The translations under genes were made by a program, and so were the position numbers. A stretch of DNA of 38,828 nt from Propionibacteriales bacterium. GTDB lineage: Bacteria > Actinomycetota > Actinomycetes > Propionibacteriales > Nocardioidaceae. Below, piece after piece: positions 37,393 to 38,828 of this stretch. Position 1 is the first letter of the stretch; every line of letters begins with the position of its first letter. Under the pieces are notes generated by a model, which searched no databases, was not told the origin of the DNA, and saw only the letters and a list, made by a program, of their open reading frames with translations. The DNA lies in contig JBBPYJ010000197.1 in NCBI GenBank assembly GCA_038200025.1, forward strand, positions 1 to 38,828, read 5' to 3'.

Positions 37393-38352
37393 TCAGCAGC
37401 TCCGGTGCCGGATCCCCGGCGATCCCCCGCGCTGCGCCGCGATACGCGATGCCGCCCGCACGGCGGCGAGCACGGGCGCGACGCCGAGGCGTCGTACGGT
37501 GGTTCCGGGCAGGCGGGCGGCGAACGCGGCCTCGATGGCAGTGTGCAGCAGGTCGTGGCCGGGGTCGAGAACCCGGCCGGTCAGCAGCACTGTGGGCGTC
37601 GGTTCGAGGTGGAGTCGACGGACCAGGCTGGCGGCTGCGGCGGCGTACGAGTCGGCTGCGCGGGCGGCGATCGAGGCGGCCATCGCGTCGCCGCCAGCCG
37701 CCACGTCCCACACGTCGGCGGGCGTGAGGGCGGGCCGGTGCTCGCGCCAGACAAGCCGGCAGTAGTCGCTGGCGTCGGTGGCTCCCGAGGCCGCGAGAGC
37801 GGCCGCGGTCAAGTCCGTAGGGGGGCCGAAGCCGAGGTGTGCGCCGGCGACCCCCTCGGCGGCGGCACGGACCACGTCGCCGCCCGAGCCCCACTCTCCG
37901 TGACCGGCCCCAACCCCCAGCGTGCGAGCCGTCCTCCCCGTCGCATCGCGTGCGACGGCCACCATCCCCGTCCCGGCGACCACCGCGATTGCGGCACCCG
38001 GAGGTGCCTGCTCGAGAGCGAGGAAAGCGTCGTTAACGACGAGTTGGGGCCCGGCCAGTTCGAAGGAGTCGATAATCTCTCGGTAACGCTCCGCGTCCGC
38101 GGGCCAGTCAAGTCCGGCTAGCCCCCACGCTCCTGCCGTCACGACTCCAACGGTGGCGCCCGCTGCCGAGCACACCGTGTCGAGCGCAAGGCGCAGTGCG
38201 TCCGCGGACCCTGCCCAACCCACGCGTTCGTGGTTGCCCGGGCCGACGCGGACCGAGGCGATGAGCTCGCCGGTGTTGGCGTCGGCCAGGGCTGCGTCGG
38301 TCTTGGTGCCTCCGGCGTCGACGCCGAGGACCAGACCTGCGGGCGCGGTCAT
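37393..38352 (-). CDS. BadF/BadG/BcrA/BcrD-type sugar (N-acetylglucosamine-like) kinase
   Basis: LGVDAGGTKT, GLAGLD, VVNDAFLAL, VVAGTG and GEWGSG. Confidence 0.9.
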   Translation of the reverse strand: MTAPAGLVLGVDAGGTKTDAALADANTGELIASVRVGPGNHERVGWAGSADALRLALDTVCSAAGATVGVVTAGAWGLAGLDWPADAERYREIIDSFELAGPQLVVNDAFLALEQAPPGAAIAVVAGTGMVAVARDATGRTARTLGVGAGHGEWGSGGDVVRAAAEGVAGAHLGFGPPTDLTAAALAASGATDASDYCRLVWREHRPALTPADVWDVAAGGDAMAASIAARAADSYAAAAASLVRRLHLEPTPTVLLTGRVLDPGHDLLHTAIEAAFAARLPGTTVRRLGVAPVLAAVRAASRIAAQRGGSPGIRHRSC

Positions 38353-38828
38353 GAGAACGCCGGGAGCCAGGCTCGGTTAGTCCTCAGCAGGTCGTCGAGC
38401 AGGGCGCTCGCAGACCCTGCGTCCGGGCACAGGGGGTGGGTGGTCAAGGCGAGCCGGGCCGCCCGGTGGTCTCCGGTGGTCGCGGCCTCGATGGCGTAGC
38501 GTTCGAAGTCCTTGACCTGGTTCGCGAGGCCGCGGGCGGGCCGGGCCAGCTCCTCCGTGGGAATCGGTAGTGCCCCGGATGGGTCCACCAGGCATGTGGT
38601 CTCCACAACTGCGTCGCTGGGCAGCCCTGGCAACGCACCGTCGTTGCGGACGTTGAGCACATGGCGGCTGCCGCTCACGCCGTCTTCGGCGGGAGTGACC
38701 AGGTCGGCGGCCAACCTGGCAGCTGCTAGCGAGTAGGACGCGCCGCCGCGACCTGCGAGTAGCTCCGGATGCCACGGGGTCGCGGGGTCGGCATACTGCC
38801 GGAGCAGGTCGGACTCGAGTTCGGCGAC
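38349..38828 (-). CDS. Glycoside hydrolase family 4 (6-phospho-beta-glucosidase-like), 3' part; starts outside the window
   Basis: LLRQYADP..PELLAGRGGASYS, NVRNDGALPGLPSDAVVE, QVKDFERYAIEAA and ALTTHPL. Confidence 0.9.
   Translation of the reverse strand, partial: VAELESDLLRQYADPATPWHPELLAGRGGASYSLAAARLAADLVTPAEDGVSGSRHVLNVRNDGALPGLPSDAVVETTCLVDPSGALPIPTEELARPARGLANQVKDFERYAIEAATTGDHRAARLALTTHPLCPDAGSASALLDDLLRTNRAWLPAFS

Overview
High-GC actinobacterial chromosomal segment; gene content and order suggest Nocardioides or a relative (inference). A conserved core (about 2.2-31.5 kb) carries a cupin, a lipoprotein cyclophilin, OsmC, a GGT-like enzyme, an NAD-linked Mo formate dehydrogenase operon (fdsGBAD plus fdhD), sbcDC, a TldD/TldE pair, glycine-riboswitch-controlled gcvP, and the conserved pgsA2-DUF881-sbp-DUF881-gcvH-garA-ftsR-DUF151-MerR cluster with two CNNM/CBS genes. 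Both ends are decaying accessory DNA. The left end has an IS1380 stub cut by an intact ISAzo13 and a degraded vapBC. The right end has a mosaic of DUF1800, PNPOx, DUF222 and IS256 fragments, a Ca2+/Na+ antiporter, frameshifted M50 peptidase and GrpB genes, and the end of a GH4/sugar kinase operon. The most notable observation is not in the ORF track: a complete yybP-ykoY (Mn2+-sensing) riboswitch with a clear RBS-sequestering expression platform sits directly upstream of an intact baeRF3 (aeRF1/Pelota/Balon-like, no GGQ) gene rather than a metal transporter. A second, truncated yybP-ykoY aptamer lies 2 kb away on the opposite strand. All family calls are from motif recognition by eye; no searches were run.
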